NCBI GenBank assembly: GCA_016931135.1
Contig: JAFGFK010000356.1
Location: forward strand, 1 to 52,379
Source of the DNA: Candidatus Sumerlaeota bacterium
Lineage (GTDB): Bacteria > Sumerlaeota > Sumerlaeia > MWCT01
DNA: 52,379 nt
Direction of reading: 5' to 3'
The notes below the pieces were generated by a model, which was given only the letters and a program-made list of their open reading frames with translations, ran no database searches and was not told the origin of the DNA. Position 1 is the first letter of the stretch. Every line of letters starts with the position of its first letter. A program made the translations under genes and the position numbers. Shown here piece after piece: positions 1 to 10,196 of the stretch.

Positions 1-432
1 CTCGAGCAATTCCCAAACGGACTTCCCGCTGATCCATTCGCATATACAGAGTTAATGCCATTCAGCATCATTGAATCAACAGAGAAACATCCAGTGGTTA
101 TCATGAGTTTCGGACCTGATACCGATGAGGAGGAATCCGGCGTTTCATCATTTAATCCCTATGCGCCAGGGATGGCGGGGATGGAATTCCCTGTGATGGC
201 GCCTCCCGTTACAGGAACGCCAACGCCGACTCCCACGCCCACGCCCACCCCGCCGCCAATCGCCACGCCCGATCCAGGCGCCAATCCTACTTATGGTCGA
301 ACGCTGCAAAAGGTTTATGGAAGAAGCGAAACCGCCCCCGAGATTCCGGGTTATCGTTACCTTGAACCTGTGTACGATCCAACGAACGGAACTATAAGCA
401 ATGGGGACATTTTCATCGAGATTCCGCGGTGA
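1..432 (+). CDS. Pseudopilin-like secreted protein, C-terminal fragment (5' end outside window)
   Basis: Frame 1 is open from base 1 to the TGA at 430-432. A Pro/Thr linker TPTPTPTPTPTPPP is followed by YDPTNGTISNGDIF. This matches the C-terminal YDPTNGTVSDGDIV of the complete pseudopilin at 20497-21129. Confidence 0.55.
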   Translation, partial: LEQFPNGLPADPFAYTELMPFSIIESTEKHPVVIMSFGPDTDEEESGVSSFNPYAPGMAGMEFPVMAPPVTGTPTPTPTPTPTPPPIATPDPGANPTYGRTLQKVYGRSETAPEIPGYRYLEPVYDPTNGTISNGDIFIEIPR

Positions 433-466
433 ATAAAGACAATAAAATTTATATTTCCAACCACTA

Positions 467-489
467 AGAAACGCTGTTTCTTTTTCTTT
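467..489 (+). terminator. Possible weak intrinsic terminator after the pilin-like gene
   Basis: AGAAAC-GCT-GTTTCT hairpin followed by TTTTCTTT. The stem is short and AT-rich. Confidence 0.3.
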
Positions 490-564
490 AATGATGGTAT
501 CTGATGCATTTTTTTGTGGTTTGAAGGCGGATTTATCGATTAGCCCCAGGTTTATTATTTTCTA

Positions 565-828
565 CCACGAATCCCGCCGTTGGCGGGTCACGAATTTACG
601 CGAATTTTTTTACAGCATCGTTATGAATAATAAAATCTGCGAAAATCGGCGTCATCTGTGCATCCGGAATCATGATTACTTCGCAACTCCATCCTGGATA
701 TATCTCTGAGTTCTCTGTGATCTTTGTGGTTAGATTTCTTTTTTTGCCATGAAGGCTCGAAGGTCACCAAGAAAGATGCAGAAGATGTAAAATCCTCTCG
801 AATTCGTGAAGATTCGTGCGATTCGTGG
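565..828. repeat. Inverted pair of CACGAAT/ATTCGTG heptad clusters (MITE-like or protein-binding array)
   Basis: CCACGAATC (565-573) and GATTCGTGG (820-828) are perfect inverted termini. Further heptads lie at 589-595 and 598-605 (degenerate) on the left, and at 802-808, 812-818 and 821-827 on the right. A GC hairpin CCCGCC-GTT-GGCGGG sits at 573-587. The ORFs here (491-709, 621-839, 724-909) look non-coding. Confidence 0.5.
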
Positions 829-882
829 TTCCATTCCAAAGATTGTAAAAAAGCCTCAAGAGCAAATATTATTTTATACCTG

Positions 883-910
883 TTGACAAGTGGAAAAGGG
901 GAACTATAGA
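883..910 (+). promoter_or_regulatory. Putative sigma70-type promoter of the HD-domain gene
   Basis: TTGACA (883-888), 16-nt spacer, TATAGA (905-910), about 60 nt upstream of the start at 970. Confidence 0.4.
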
Positions 911-969
911 AAGTAGGGAAAATTTTTGCGCGAATATGGATTGTTAATTAATATTTTCGCGGGGGGTTT

Positions 970-1545
970 GTGATGGGCGATTTCGGAATAACGCGGGATC
1001 AACTTGTGGAACTGATGAAGCGACACATAACTTCCGATCATCTCTGGAAACATTCTCTGGCTTCGGAAGCGGTGATGCGGAAACTTGCGGAACGACTCGG
1101 TGAAGACGCGGAAACCTGGGGGCTCGTAGGACTCGCTCACGATATCGACTTCGATGAAACCAAGGATGAACCGGCGAAACACGCCGTAATCGGGGCGGAA
1201 ATCCTGCGTTCCGGCGGCGTTGCGGAAAAATATGTGAACGCCATCATGAGCCATAACGAGGCAATCCCGGGTTGGACGCCGCGCAGCGCAGCGCTGGAGC
1301 ACGCTTTGGCAAGCTCCGAGACGATCACCGGATTAGTCGTGGCAACGGCGCTCGTGATGCCGGATAAGAAACTCGCCAGCGTAAAATCCAAATCCGTAAA
1401 AAAACGCATGGGACAAACCGCATTTGCGCGAAACGTGGATCGAAACGCCATACTGGAATGCGAAAAGATAAGCGTTCCGATCGAGGATTTCTGCGCGCTT
1501 GCCGTGGAAGCCATGCAAGGTATCAGCGATCAACTCGGTCTTTAA
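970..1545 (+). CDS. HD-domain (HDIG-type) phosphohydrolase
   Basis: 191 aa with GLAHDIDFDE and SHNE motifs typical of HD superfamily hydrolases. GTG start at 970, with an ATG at 973. Confidence 0.8.
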   Translation: MMGDFGITRDQLVELMKRHITSDHLWKHSLASEAVMRKLAERLGEDAETWGLVGLAHDIDFDETKDEPAKHAVIGAEILRSGGVAEKYVNAIMSHNEAIPGWTPRSAALEHALASSETITGLVVATALVMPDKKLASVKSKSVKKRMGQTAFARNVDRNAILECEKISVPIEDFCALAVEAMQGISDQLGL

Positions 1546-1558
1546 AAAAGGAGCCTGT

Positions 1559-1966
1559 ATGATAGAAAAAACCCTTGTGATCATTAAACCTGACGCTGTT
1601 AGGAGGAAACTGGTTGGCGAGATCATCTCGCGCTATGAAAAAAAAGGCATGGAAATCATAGCCTTGCGCGTTTTGCGTCTCGATGAAAATCTGACGAAAA
1701 CGCTGTACGAGGAGCATCTGGAAAGGGATTACTTCCCCCCTTTCAAGGAATTCATCCTCTCCGGACCTGTTGTTGCCATTGCGCTGGAAGGGGAAGGCGC
1801 GATTCAATCGGTTCGAAAGCTGAACGGCGCCACGAATCCCCAGGATGCCACGCCGGGAACCATACGCGGAGATTACGGATTTTTCACGCGCTACAACCTG
1901 GTGCACGGTTCGGAAAATCAAGCCCGGGCGCAAAAGGAAATCGGCATCTTGTTTCCGGAACTGTGA
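1559..1966 (+). CDS. ndk: Nucleoside diphosphate kinase
   Basis: MIEKTLVIIKPDAV...NLVHGSEN. AAGGAG RBS just upstream of the ATG at 1559. The ORF-track start at 1499 overlaps the preceding gene and is unlikely. Confidence 0.95.
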   Translation: MIEKTLVIIKPDAVRRKLVGEIISRYEKKGMEIIALRVLRLDENLTKTLYEEHLERDYFPPFKEFILSGPVVAIALEGEGAIQSVRKLNGATNPQDATPGTIRGDYGFFTRYNLVHGSENQARAQKEIGILFPEL

Positions 1967-2041
1967 ATCAGATAAAACGTTCCAGGATTTTTATAACTAA
2001 AATCCAGCATCTTATATCTCACACAATGGAGATTTGCAGCC

Positions 2042-2779
2042 ATGTCCCTTTTCAACGATGAGGGTTTTGTCATAACGCGCTCCGAATGGAAGGAAAGCTC
2101 TTTGATCGTTCGCTTTTTCACGCGGGAGCATGGCAAATTGAATTTCATGGCAAAAGGGATCAGGCGCGCGAAAACCCGCATCGGTTCGTTTCTGGACAGT
2201 TTTTCCCGCGTCAAAATCATATATTATCTGAAACAGGGGAATGACCTCGCTTCCCTGAAGGAAGCCTTCACAATAAATCTATATCCGAGCCTTCGCGCCG
2301 ATCTCAGGCGTTTCGCTGCCGTATCCTTTTACTTCGAGATTCTGGATATCGGGCTGGCGCCGCACGAACGGCACGAGGATATTTTTTCGCTCACCTCGGA
2401 ATTTCTGGATACAATCGACAAACCTGAATGGGTGGCGGAATCCCTGCCGTGGTATTTCCTCGAGATTGCCGGGCGGCTGGGTTATGCGCCGCGACTGGAA
2501 AAGTGCTTTGTGTGTGGAACAAGCCAAAATCTCGCTCATTTCGATCTGGATGCCGGGCAATGCGTTTGCCAGAACTGCAGAAAGGACTCGGAAAAAGTTA
2601 TTCCCATGCCGCAATATCTTGCGTCCGAAATCAAAGGAGGCGTTTCAAATGAAGGCGGCAGCATCGCTTTGCCTTCCCATGCGCTTCCGGATTTTTTCCA
2701 TTTCATGAAGGATTTCCTGGAGTATCGCTTTGAAAAAAGAATCAAGTCGGGTGATTTTCTCATCACCCAGATGGCATGA
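2042..2779 (+). CDS. recO: DNA repair protein RecO
   Basis: 245 aa with an N-terminal OB-fold-like region and a C-terminal CxxC...CxxC zinc motif (CFVCG...CVCQNC), the typical RecO layout. Confidence 0.88.
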   Translation: MSLFNDEGFVITRSEWKESSLIVRFFTREHGKLNFMAKGIRRAKTRIGSFLDSFSRVKIIYYLKQGNDLASLKEAFTINLYPSLRADLRRFAAVSFYFEILDIGLAPHERHEDIFSLTSEFLDTIDKPEWVAESLPWYFLEIAGRLGYAPRLEKCFVCGTSQNLAHFDLDAGQCVCQNCRKDSEKVIPMPQYLASEIKGGVSNEGGSIALPSHALPDFFHFMKDFLEYRFEKRIKSGDFLITQMA

Positions 2780-2817
2780 GAAATGTAAAATATAAAACGT
2801 AAAATGAATCCGTCTTC

Positions 2818-2842
2818 GTTATCACGCATCAGGCGTGATAAC
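2818..2842. terminator. 10-bp stem hairpin between convergent recO and the PP-loop gene (possible bidirectional terminator)
   Basis: GTTATCACGC-ATCAG-GCGTGATAAC. No clean U-tract on either side. Confidence 0.3.
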
Positions 2843-2945
2843 TTCGACGCGACAAGAAATATAAAATTAAGGTATGAAAATTAATACATCAGAAATATGA
2901 TGATTTTGCATAATAGTAATACACAGCCTGGCTTGGTAAATTTTC

Positions 2946-3965
2946 CTATGCGATACGCAGGATTTCTATAACGGATTCGGAAATGGTTTCAGGAACCAGT
3001 CGGATTATTTCACCGGAGTCGCAATGGCGCGCCAGGACAACGCCTTTGGGATTGTTTCTTCCCTTGCTGTATCTTCGCGTAATGGCAGCGGCGGTATCCA
3101 GCGTTTTCTCTGAAATCACTCCTCGCAAAATGCAAAGGGGACTCGAGCCTTCCTCTGTCTCCAGGAGAATATCCGCATCCTGCGCCAAGTGAGCCAGGAT
3201 CATATTGTCGCGTTCATTGCGCCCCACGATGAGCTTGACTTCAGGTTCAAGGCGGAAATGCCTTCCGATCTTCAGGGTTTCGACGCTGTTGACATCGGAA
3301 ATATCATGATCGAATAAATCCTTCAGGCGTGCGGAAAATCCGGGTTCTGCGAGGAGGCAACCACCTGCAGGGGTTTGAAAATCCCGGATGCCGTACCGCG
3401 CCGCCAGATCGAATTGAATTTTTCTGGAGCGTCCGGCAATCCCCAGAAGCAATGTACGATCGACCATGCCCATTTTTTCAGGGGTTGTGGGATCGAGTCG
3501 CAGGGCGGTAAGGGGGCGAAGGAGAAGCCCCTCGAGTCCGGAGCGTTTCTCGATCATCTGGAGCATGGTTCGCTTTTGCGACATGGGGCGCTGTTCCAGT
3601 ACATCACCGGTGAAAACAAACTGCGCCTTTTCCTCCTTCATAAGTTCCGCGGCCTTTTGAAGAAAAAAGATATGGCAGTCAATACAGGGATTCATACAGG
3701 AGCCATAACCCCATTTGGGATTTTTGACCAGATCGATGTATTCCTCCCCGAGGTACAAGGGGTAATATTGAAACCCGAGCGATTCGGCTTGTTTCTGTAC
3801 AATGGTTTCTTCATCAGCGCCTTTTGATGAACGGGAAGAAAAAGGGGTGATAAGGTGAATGCCTGTAACCTCGACGCCCTGATCCATGATCAACTTAGCG
3901 GCGAGAACGCTGTCCAATCCACCGGAAATCAAACCAATAGCTTTGATGCGCTTGAGTTTTTCCAT
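2946..3965 (-). CDS. PP-loop ATPase, ThiI-like tRNA sulfurtransferase family (no THUMP domain seen)
   Basis: The N-terminal SGGLDS PP-loop, CIDCH and TGDVLEQRPMSQ resemble the ThiI catalytic domain. Confidence 0.7.
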   Translation of the reverse strand: MEKLKRIKAIGLISGGLDSVLAAKLIMDQGVEVTGIHLITPFSSRSSKGADEETIVQKQAESLGFQYYPLYLGEEYIDLVKNPKWGYGSCMNPCIDCHIFFLQKAAELMKEEKAQFVFTGDVLEQRPMSQKRTMLQMIEKRSGLEGLLLRPLTALRLDPTTPEKMGMVDRTLLLGIAGRSRKIQFDLAARYGIRDFQTPAGGCLLAEPGFSARLKDLFDHDISDVNSVETLKIGRHFRLEPEVKLIVGRNERDNMILAHLAQDADILLETEEGSSPLCILRGVISEKTLDTAAAITRRYSKGRNNPKGVVLARHCDSGEIIRLVPETISESVIEILRIA

Positions 3966-3978
3966 AAATCCTGATATA

Positions 3979-4917
3979 TCATTCCTTGTTTTTTTTCGGG
4001 AAATATCCGAAATGGCGGAGATCGGTTTCTTTTTTTGTCCAGTTTTTACGAACCTTCACCCAGAGTTCCAGGAAAACGGGTTTGCCGACAAGTTCTTCGA
4101 TATCCGGACGCGCCAGGCTGCCGATTTGTTTCAGCATATTGCCGCCTGCGCCGATCACCATGCCTTTCTGGGATTCCCGTTCAACGTAAATAACCGCGCG
4201 AATGTAATCCTTGTCTTCCGGCCTTTCCTTGAATTCCTCCACCTGTACCGCGAGGGAATAGGGAATCTCCTGCCCAAGCAGTTCGAACGCCTTTTCGCGA
4301 ACGATTTCCGCAGAAAGAAACCTAAGGTCGCGATCGGACATCTGCTCCGGATCGAAATAAAGCGGCCCTTCCGGAAGAAGGGAAACCGTTTTACGGATGA
4401 GAAGGGGGACATTGTCTCCCTGAAGGGCTGATATTCCGATCAGATCAGTATAAGCGATGTCTTTTTCAACCGGTTGAATGCTGGAAGGATCAAAGGGTTT
4501 GGGGAGGCGGTCGATTTTATTGGCGACCAGGATTCTGGGGGCGCTCAGTTTGCGCACCAAATTTTTTATTGCCGGAGTTTCGGGTTTGGGATCGGCGATA
4601 TCCACGATATGATATGCCAGATCGACTTCCTTCACGGCGAGCGCGGTGGAATCAATCAGGCAACGGTTCAAAAGATTTCTGGATTCGATGAGTCCGGGGG
4701 TGTCCACAAAAACGATTTGAAAGGATTCATCGGAGAGAATCCCGAGAATCGAATCCCGCGTCGTTTGTGGTTTTGGGGAGACGATGGCGATCTTGCCGCC
4801 AACGAGGCGGTTCAAAAGCGTGGATTTTCCGGCGTTGGGTTTTCCTATGATAGCGACAAAACCGGAGCGAAACTCCCGCTCCCCGCAATTTTCATCATTC
4901 CGGCGATCCTCATTCAT
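3979..4917 (-). CDS. era: GTPase Era
   Basis: GKPNAGKSTLLN P-loop, DTPG, NKID and a C-terminal KH domain. Sits downstream of ybeY, the usual operon order. Confidence 0.95.
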   Translation of the reverse strand: MNEDRRNDENCGEREFRSGFVAIIGKPNAGKSTLLNRLVGGKIAIVSPKPQTTRDSILGILSDESFQIVFVDTPGLIESRNLLNRCLIDSTALAVKEVDLAYHIVDIADPKPETPAIKNLVRKLSAPRILVANKIDRLPKPFDPSSIQPVEKDIAYTDLIGISALQGDNVPLLIRKTVSLLPEGPLYFDPEQMSDRDLRFLSAEIVREKAFELLGQEIPYSLAVQVEEFKERPEDKDYIRAVIYVERESQKGMVIGAGGNMLKQIGSLARPDIEELVGKPVFLELWVKVRKNWTKKETDLRHFGYFPKKNKE

Positions 4918-4935
4918 CCGAGTAAAAAATCTCCC

Positions 4936-5406
4936 TTAAAACAAGTTTTCTTTTTCCAGGATTTGCATCCATTTTTCCTGGAGGGAAAACATTTTCTTCC
5001 TTTCCCCGGGCTTTTCGTCATCATAATTCAGAAGATGCAGGAATCCATGAACGAGAAGCAGGACAATTTCCTTTTCCAGGGAATGTCCCATCTTTCGAGC
5101 CTGTGCGGCAGCGGTTTCGAGGGAAATGACAATATCGCCCAGAGGCGTGATTTCTTCCGGGGAGGGCTTGCTTCCGGAAACATCGAGCATGGAGAAGCTC
5201 AGGACATCCGTGGGGGCGTCATAGCCCCTGTACTGTTTATTCAATTTCCTTATGCCTGCGTCATCGAGAAAAAGAACGCTTATCTGGGGATGGGCAAAGT
5301 CCTGATCTGAAAGAAGTCGTTCCAGAATCCGCCTGGTAAGATTGCGAAGATTCCGAGCCGGAATCATTTTTTTTCTGGATTGATTGCAAATCAGGATTTC
5401 CATCAT
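4936..5406 (-). CDS. ybeY: rRNA maturation endoribonuclease YbeY
   Basis: HGFLHLLNYDDE metal-binding motif; 156 aa. Confidence 0.9.
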   Translation of the reverse strand: MMEILICNQSRKKMIPARNLRNLTRRILERLLSDQDFAHPQISVLFLDDAGIRKLNKQYRGYDAPTDVLSFSMLDVSGSKPSPEEITPLGDIVISLETAAAQARKMGHSLEKEIVLLLVHGFLHLLNYDDEKPGERKKMFSLQEKWMQILEKENLF

Positions 5407-5479
5407 TTAACCGCCTTTACGCGCTAATCATGACAATGAAAACGAATCTACTTCCGATCCGAGCCGATACGTCAAGGTT

Positions 5480-5515
5480 GAAATGTCATGAGGAAATTAT
5501 TTTTGATGACATTTC
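5480..5515. promoter_or_regulatory. Inverted repeat in the divergent ybeY/tgt control region
   Basis: GAAATGTCAT (5480-5489) and ATGACATTTC (5506-5515) are perfect inverted repeats. A further TATGACATTT copy lies about 30 nt downstream. Confidence 0.25.
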
Positions 5516-5557
5516 TTATCAGGACATGAAAGGATTTATCATTATGACATTTTATGA

Positions 5558-6916
<1,359 letters not shown>

Positions 6917-7038
6917 CAGTTACATTTTAACTTAAAAAGTACTTGATTCAAATTACAACGCATGGGAAAAAACCGTTGTTTATGTATCTTCAGGAGGAAG
7001 CGGGCGATTCTTTGTAATTCGCAAACAGGAGATAAGGC

Positions 7039-7665
7039 ATGTCTCTTTTTTCTTTTTCTTCTTTTCCGGCAATTAAATCAGGAGATATGACCCTGACATT
7101 TCGATTATGGGATACGTGCAAACTGCGAAAGGGGAAGTCCTATCCTGTCGAGAAACTTGGCAGAATATTGATCAAAGACGCCCGTAAAATCCCGATTTCT
7201 TCCATCTCTGACAAAGAGGCGAAAATGGCGGGGTACAAGAGCTCCGGGCAGATTGTTTCTTTCTTTCAAAAGAAAAAGCCCGATCTGAATACGGAACAGG
7301 ACACCTGCTTCCGCATTGAATTCCAGTATCTCAAACCGGAAATGGGGAGGTCCGGAAGGGAACCAAGGGCTTTAAGCCGCATCATGCTGGACAAACTGGA
7401 CGAAAAGCTCAAACGTCTCGATCGCCGCGCCCAGGGAATCACGTATTCCGCCATCCTGAAGGAAATGTCCAAGAAATCCTTTTCCCGGATAAATAAACTC
7501 GTGACAACCTTTGATTGCGAATTTACGGAAGTGCGCAGGAAGCTCAACCGGCTGATCAGCGAGAGATTCGTGGAGACCGATCCGCATAAACGTTTTCACC
7601 TTACTCCACAGAGTATCCAGTTGATAAAACATCGTGAAAACAAAGCCATCGAGACAAAAAAATAA
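7039..7665 (+). CDS. Hypothetical protein, ASCH-like N-terminal domain plus a probable winged-helix C-terminal domain
   Basis: AGGAG RBS. The N-terminal half shows an ASCH-like pattern (KSGDMTLTFRLW...EAKMAGYKSSGQIVSFF...CFRIEFQYL). The C-terminal half is helical and basic, ending FVETDPHKRFHLTPQS (wHTH-like). The assignment rests on motif resemblance only. Confidence 0.45.
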   Translation: MSLFSFSSFPAIKSGDMTLTFRLWDTCKLRKGKSYPVEKLGRILIKDARKIPISSISDKEAKMAGYKSSGQIVSFFQKKKPDLNTEQDTCFRIEFQYLKPEMGRSGREPRALSRIMLDKLDEKLKRLDRRAQGITYSAILKEMSKKSFSRINKLVTTFDCEFTEVRRKLNRLISERFVETDPHKRFHLTPQSIQLIKHRENKAIETKK

Positions 7666-7722
7666 ATCGAGCGTGATCCCTTTATCCCAATCCAGATAGT
7701 TTCGATATTCTGGAGTGATTTC

Positions 7723-9444
7723 GTGAAAGTTCTTCATGTCACCTATCGGTTCGGGCGGGAAATCATCGGCGGCGCCGAACGCTATCTTTTCCAGCTCTCG
7801 ACTCATCTGGCAAAAAAGGGCATCGATATCACATTAGCCACAACCACGGCGAAAGACTTCCGGGAGCCCACCCGCTGGAACGCATTCTGGAACCAGGGAT
7901 ACGAACCGGGTGAGGAATCGGTTTCAGGATTGCGAGTTCTCCGTTTTCCATTCAAAAACCTGCCGAAATGGATGGCTGCCCTGTACGGGATTCCTCTGCA
8001 AAAGAGGTTCGAACGTGAGGAATGGGAACTGAAGCCCCCCTCCCTTATCTGGGAACAGGGGGGAGTTCTGGGAAGGGGGTGGTCTTTCGAGGAAATCATG
8101 GGAACGTTCATTCAGAGATGGATGGGTTTGAATTCGGAAATTCATATCAATGACAAAGAGATACGAGAGGTTGGTTTTACCGCGAAAAGTCCCTGGAAGA
8201 ATGGGGGAGAAATTTTCTGTAACCATGAAAAGATCGGTGAATTCGATCTGAATAAAGATTGGCGTTATCATTCCTTTCCGATTAAAATTCCTGCGGACTC
8301 GCTTCTTATAGAAATCAAGTTAAAACGCACGAAGCGTCCCTGGAAGGAGTTGAGAAGCCTGGGGATGGCGGTATCGGAGTTTGCGTATAAAACCGCAGAC
8401 CGCACGGAAAAAATCCCCCTTACCAGGCATTACATACACGAGATGTACAGGGAAAAAGAAAAGTTGTTTGGCTGGCTGGAGCAAAGGGCGCGCGCGCGTC
8501 CTCGGAAACTGGAACGGAATTTCGATCTTTGCCGCGGTCCCGTTTCTCCCCAGCTTCTGCGTTATCTGGATGATCATGCCCGGGAATACGACCTGATCCT
8601 AGGGCATAATTTCCCTTTCCCATGCGCTGCAGAAGCCGTACGGGCGGGAAAAAAAGCAGGCGTTGCAACCGCGCTTCTTCCTCTCGCCCACCTCGAAGAC
8701 GATTACTATCACTGGAATCATTACTATGAGGCTTTGGCAAACGCCGATATCACTTTTTCCCTTTCGGATTACGCGCGGGATGTTTTTCGCGAACGATTCG
8801 GCGCCAACGCCCATACCCTCGGGGGCGGAATCGATCTCGAGGAATTTGAGACAGCCGGTTTCCACGGCGCCGCATTCCGGGAAAAATTCGGTCTTGGAAA
8901 AATGCCCGTGATCCTTTTCGTAGGTAGAAAATCCCATCCCAAACGATATGACGCCCTGATCCGCGCGGTAAGAATCGTCAACAGGACACTCCCCTGCCGC
9001 CTGGCGATGATCGGACCGGATGCGAACAAACAGCCCGTGAATCCGGAAGACGCGCTTTACCTGGGGCAACAGGATCGTCAAACAATCCTCGATGCGTATG
9101 ACGCCTGTGACGTATTCGCAATGCTCAGTTCCTCGGAAAGTTTCGGGATGGTGTTCACGGAGGCGTGGATGAGAGGCAAGCCTGTAATCGGATACAAACA
9201 TTGCGGCGCGGTCGCCTCCCTGATCGATGATGGAAAGAACGGATATTTATGCGATCGGGAGGAGGAAGCGGCACAGCGTATCATTCAGATTCTGAATAAT
9301 CCAAACCTTGGGAGATCCCTGGGAGAAGAGGGAAGAAAGAAAACCCTGGAGAGATTCACATGGGATAAAATTTCGGAAAAGGCGAAAGATTTGTACGAGA
9401 AGACCCGGGGCAATGCAAAACGAAAAATGAAAAATGAAAAATGA
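7723..9444 (+). CDS. Glycosyltransferase, GT4/GT-B family, with a long insertion in the N-terminal half
   Basis: MKVLHVTYRFGREIIGGAERY N-terminus and a C-terminal ESFGMVFTEAWMRGKPVIG...GKNGYL motif. At 573 aa it is about 200 aa longer than typical family members. GTG start. Confidence 0.8.
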   Translation: MKVLHVTYRFGREIIGGAERYLFQLSTHLAKKGIDITLATTTAKDFREPTRWNAFWNQGYEPGEESVSGLRVLRFPFKNLPKWMAALYGIPLQKRFEREEWELKPPSLIWEQGGVLGRGWSFEEIMGTFIQRWMGLNSEIHINDKEIREVGFTAKSPWKNGGEIFCNHEKIGEFDLNKDWRYHSFPIKIPADSLLIEIKLKRTKRPWKELRSLGMAVSEFAYKTADRTEKIPLTRHYIHEMYREKEKLFGWLEQRARARPRKLERNFDLCRGPVSPQLLRYLDDHAREYDLILGHNFPFPCAAEAVRAGKKAGVATALLPLAHLEDDYYHWNHYYEALANADITFSLSDYARDVFRERFGANAHTLGGGIDLEEFETAGFHGAAFREKFGLGKMPVILFVGRKSHPKRYDALIRAVRIVNRTLPCRLAMIGPDANKQPVNPEDALYLGQQDRQTILDAYDACDVFAMLSSSESFGMVFTEAWMRGKPVIGYKHCGAVASLIDDGKNGYLCDREEEAAQRIIQILNNPNLGRSLGEEGRKKTLERFTWDKISEKAKDLYEKTRGNAKRKMKNEK

Positions 9445-9481
9445 AAATCGTAGTTTTAGAAATCCAAATAAACCTGTAACG

Positions 9482-10090
9482 TTACTCTTGAAAAGCTTTC
9501 AAAATGTCCTGGGGTTTGTCTATATCCATCATGATTCCAGGATCGTTTGCAGGAACTTCCAGAACAATATCCCGATGATCCTTTATAAAAGTCTGCATGC
9601 CCCCCTCGAGATGGGGCGATAATCGCGTAATTTCCGAGAAAAGCCCTTTGGGAAACATGGGGGGATGCCCGCGTTTTCCCTTGTATATCGGGATCAGGAT
9701 ATTTTTGGGAAACAACCTGTGATTTCTTAACATTAAATTATATGTGGAGACATCGACAAAGGGATGATCCACAAGACACATCATGAAACCCGTCGATTCT
9801 GGACGAATCGCGCGTACAGCCAGTTGGACGGAATAGAGCTGCCCCCATTCAACATGGTCATTGGGAATAAAGTCGAAATCGTGGAGATGAAGGGTTTTCA
9901 GGCGGGATTCGTGTTCCGGATTATAGATGATCAATCCCGGTAGGGGGAAGCCTGAATTTATGATTTTATCCACAATATTTTCCAGGAATGTTTTTCCTTT
10001 GAGTTGAATGAAGGGCTTGGGGGCGCCCATGCGTTCGGATTTTCCCGCTGCCAGAATAACGGGGAGAGGCGACGTGAATAAGGAAGTCAT
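9482..10090 (-). CDS. MobA/MocA-like nucleotidyltransferase
   Basis: PVILAAGKSERMGAPKPF signature. The ATG at 10090 (MTSLF) is preferred over the 41-codon upstream extension in the ORF track. Confidence 0.72.
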   Translation of the reverse strand: MTSLFTSPLPVILAAGKSERMGAPKPFIQLKGKTFLENIVDKIINSGFPLPGLIIYNPEHESRLKTLHLHDFDFIPNDHVEWGQLYSVQLAVRAIRPESTGFMMCLVDHPFVDVSTYNLMLRNHRLFPKNILIPIYKGKRGHPPMFPKGLFSEITRLSPHLEGGMQTFIKDHRDIVLEVPANDPGIMMDIDKPQDILKAFQE

Positions 10091-10196
10091 TTTTTCTCTT
10101 GTCTTTTCTGAATTAAAAAATATAGAGATATATTTAACAGAGACAAGAAAATTTTCAACAAGGAATTTGAATCCAACTTGATCCGGTCTGAATCCT

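Noticed and set aside
491-909. Three 61-72 aa ORFs (491-709, 621-839, 724-909) in the first intergenic region.
   Set aside because: They overlap each other on both strands and lack RBS. Their odd peptides (such as NHESHESS and IREDSCDSW) are simply translations of the ATTCGTG heptad repeats.
1985-2005. GGATTTTTATA...AAAATCC between ndk and recO, which resembles the TGGATTTTTATAGAG arm of the palindromic modules.
   Set aside because: The match is only about 11 nt of AT-rich sequence, with no GGGGTCA box. A chance match or a simple weak terminator hairpin is more likely.
9422-9449. Heptanucleotide tandem repeat GAAAAAT x3 (plus one imperfect copy) spanning the stop codon of the glycosyltransferase gene. 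This could be a slipped-strand switch.
   Set aside because: There are only three perfect units, at the extreme 3' end. Copy-number change would alter just the last few residues, so phase variation is unlikely to have an effect.
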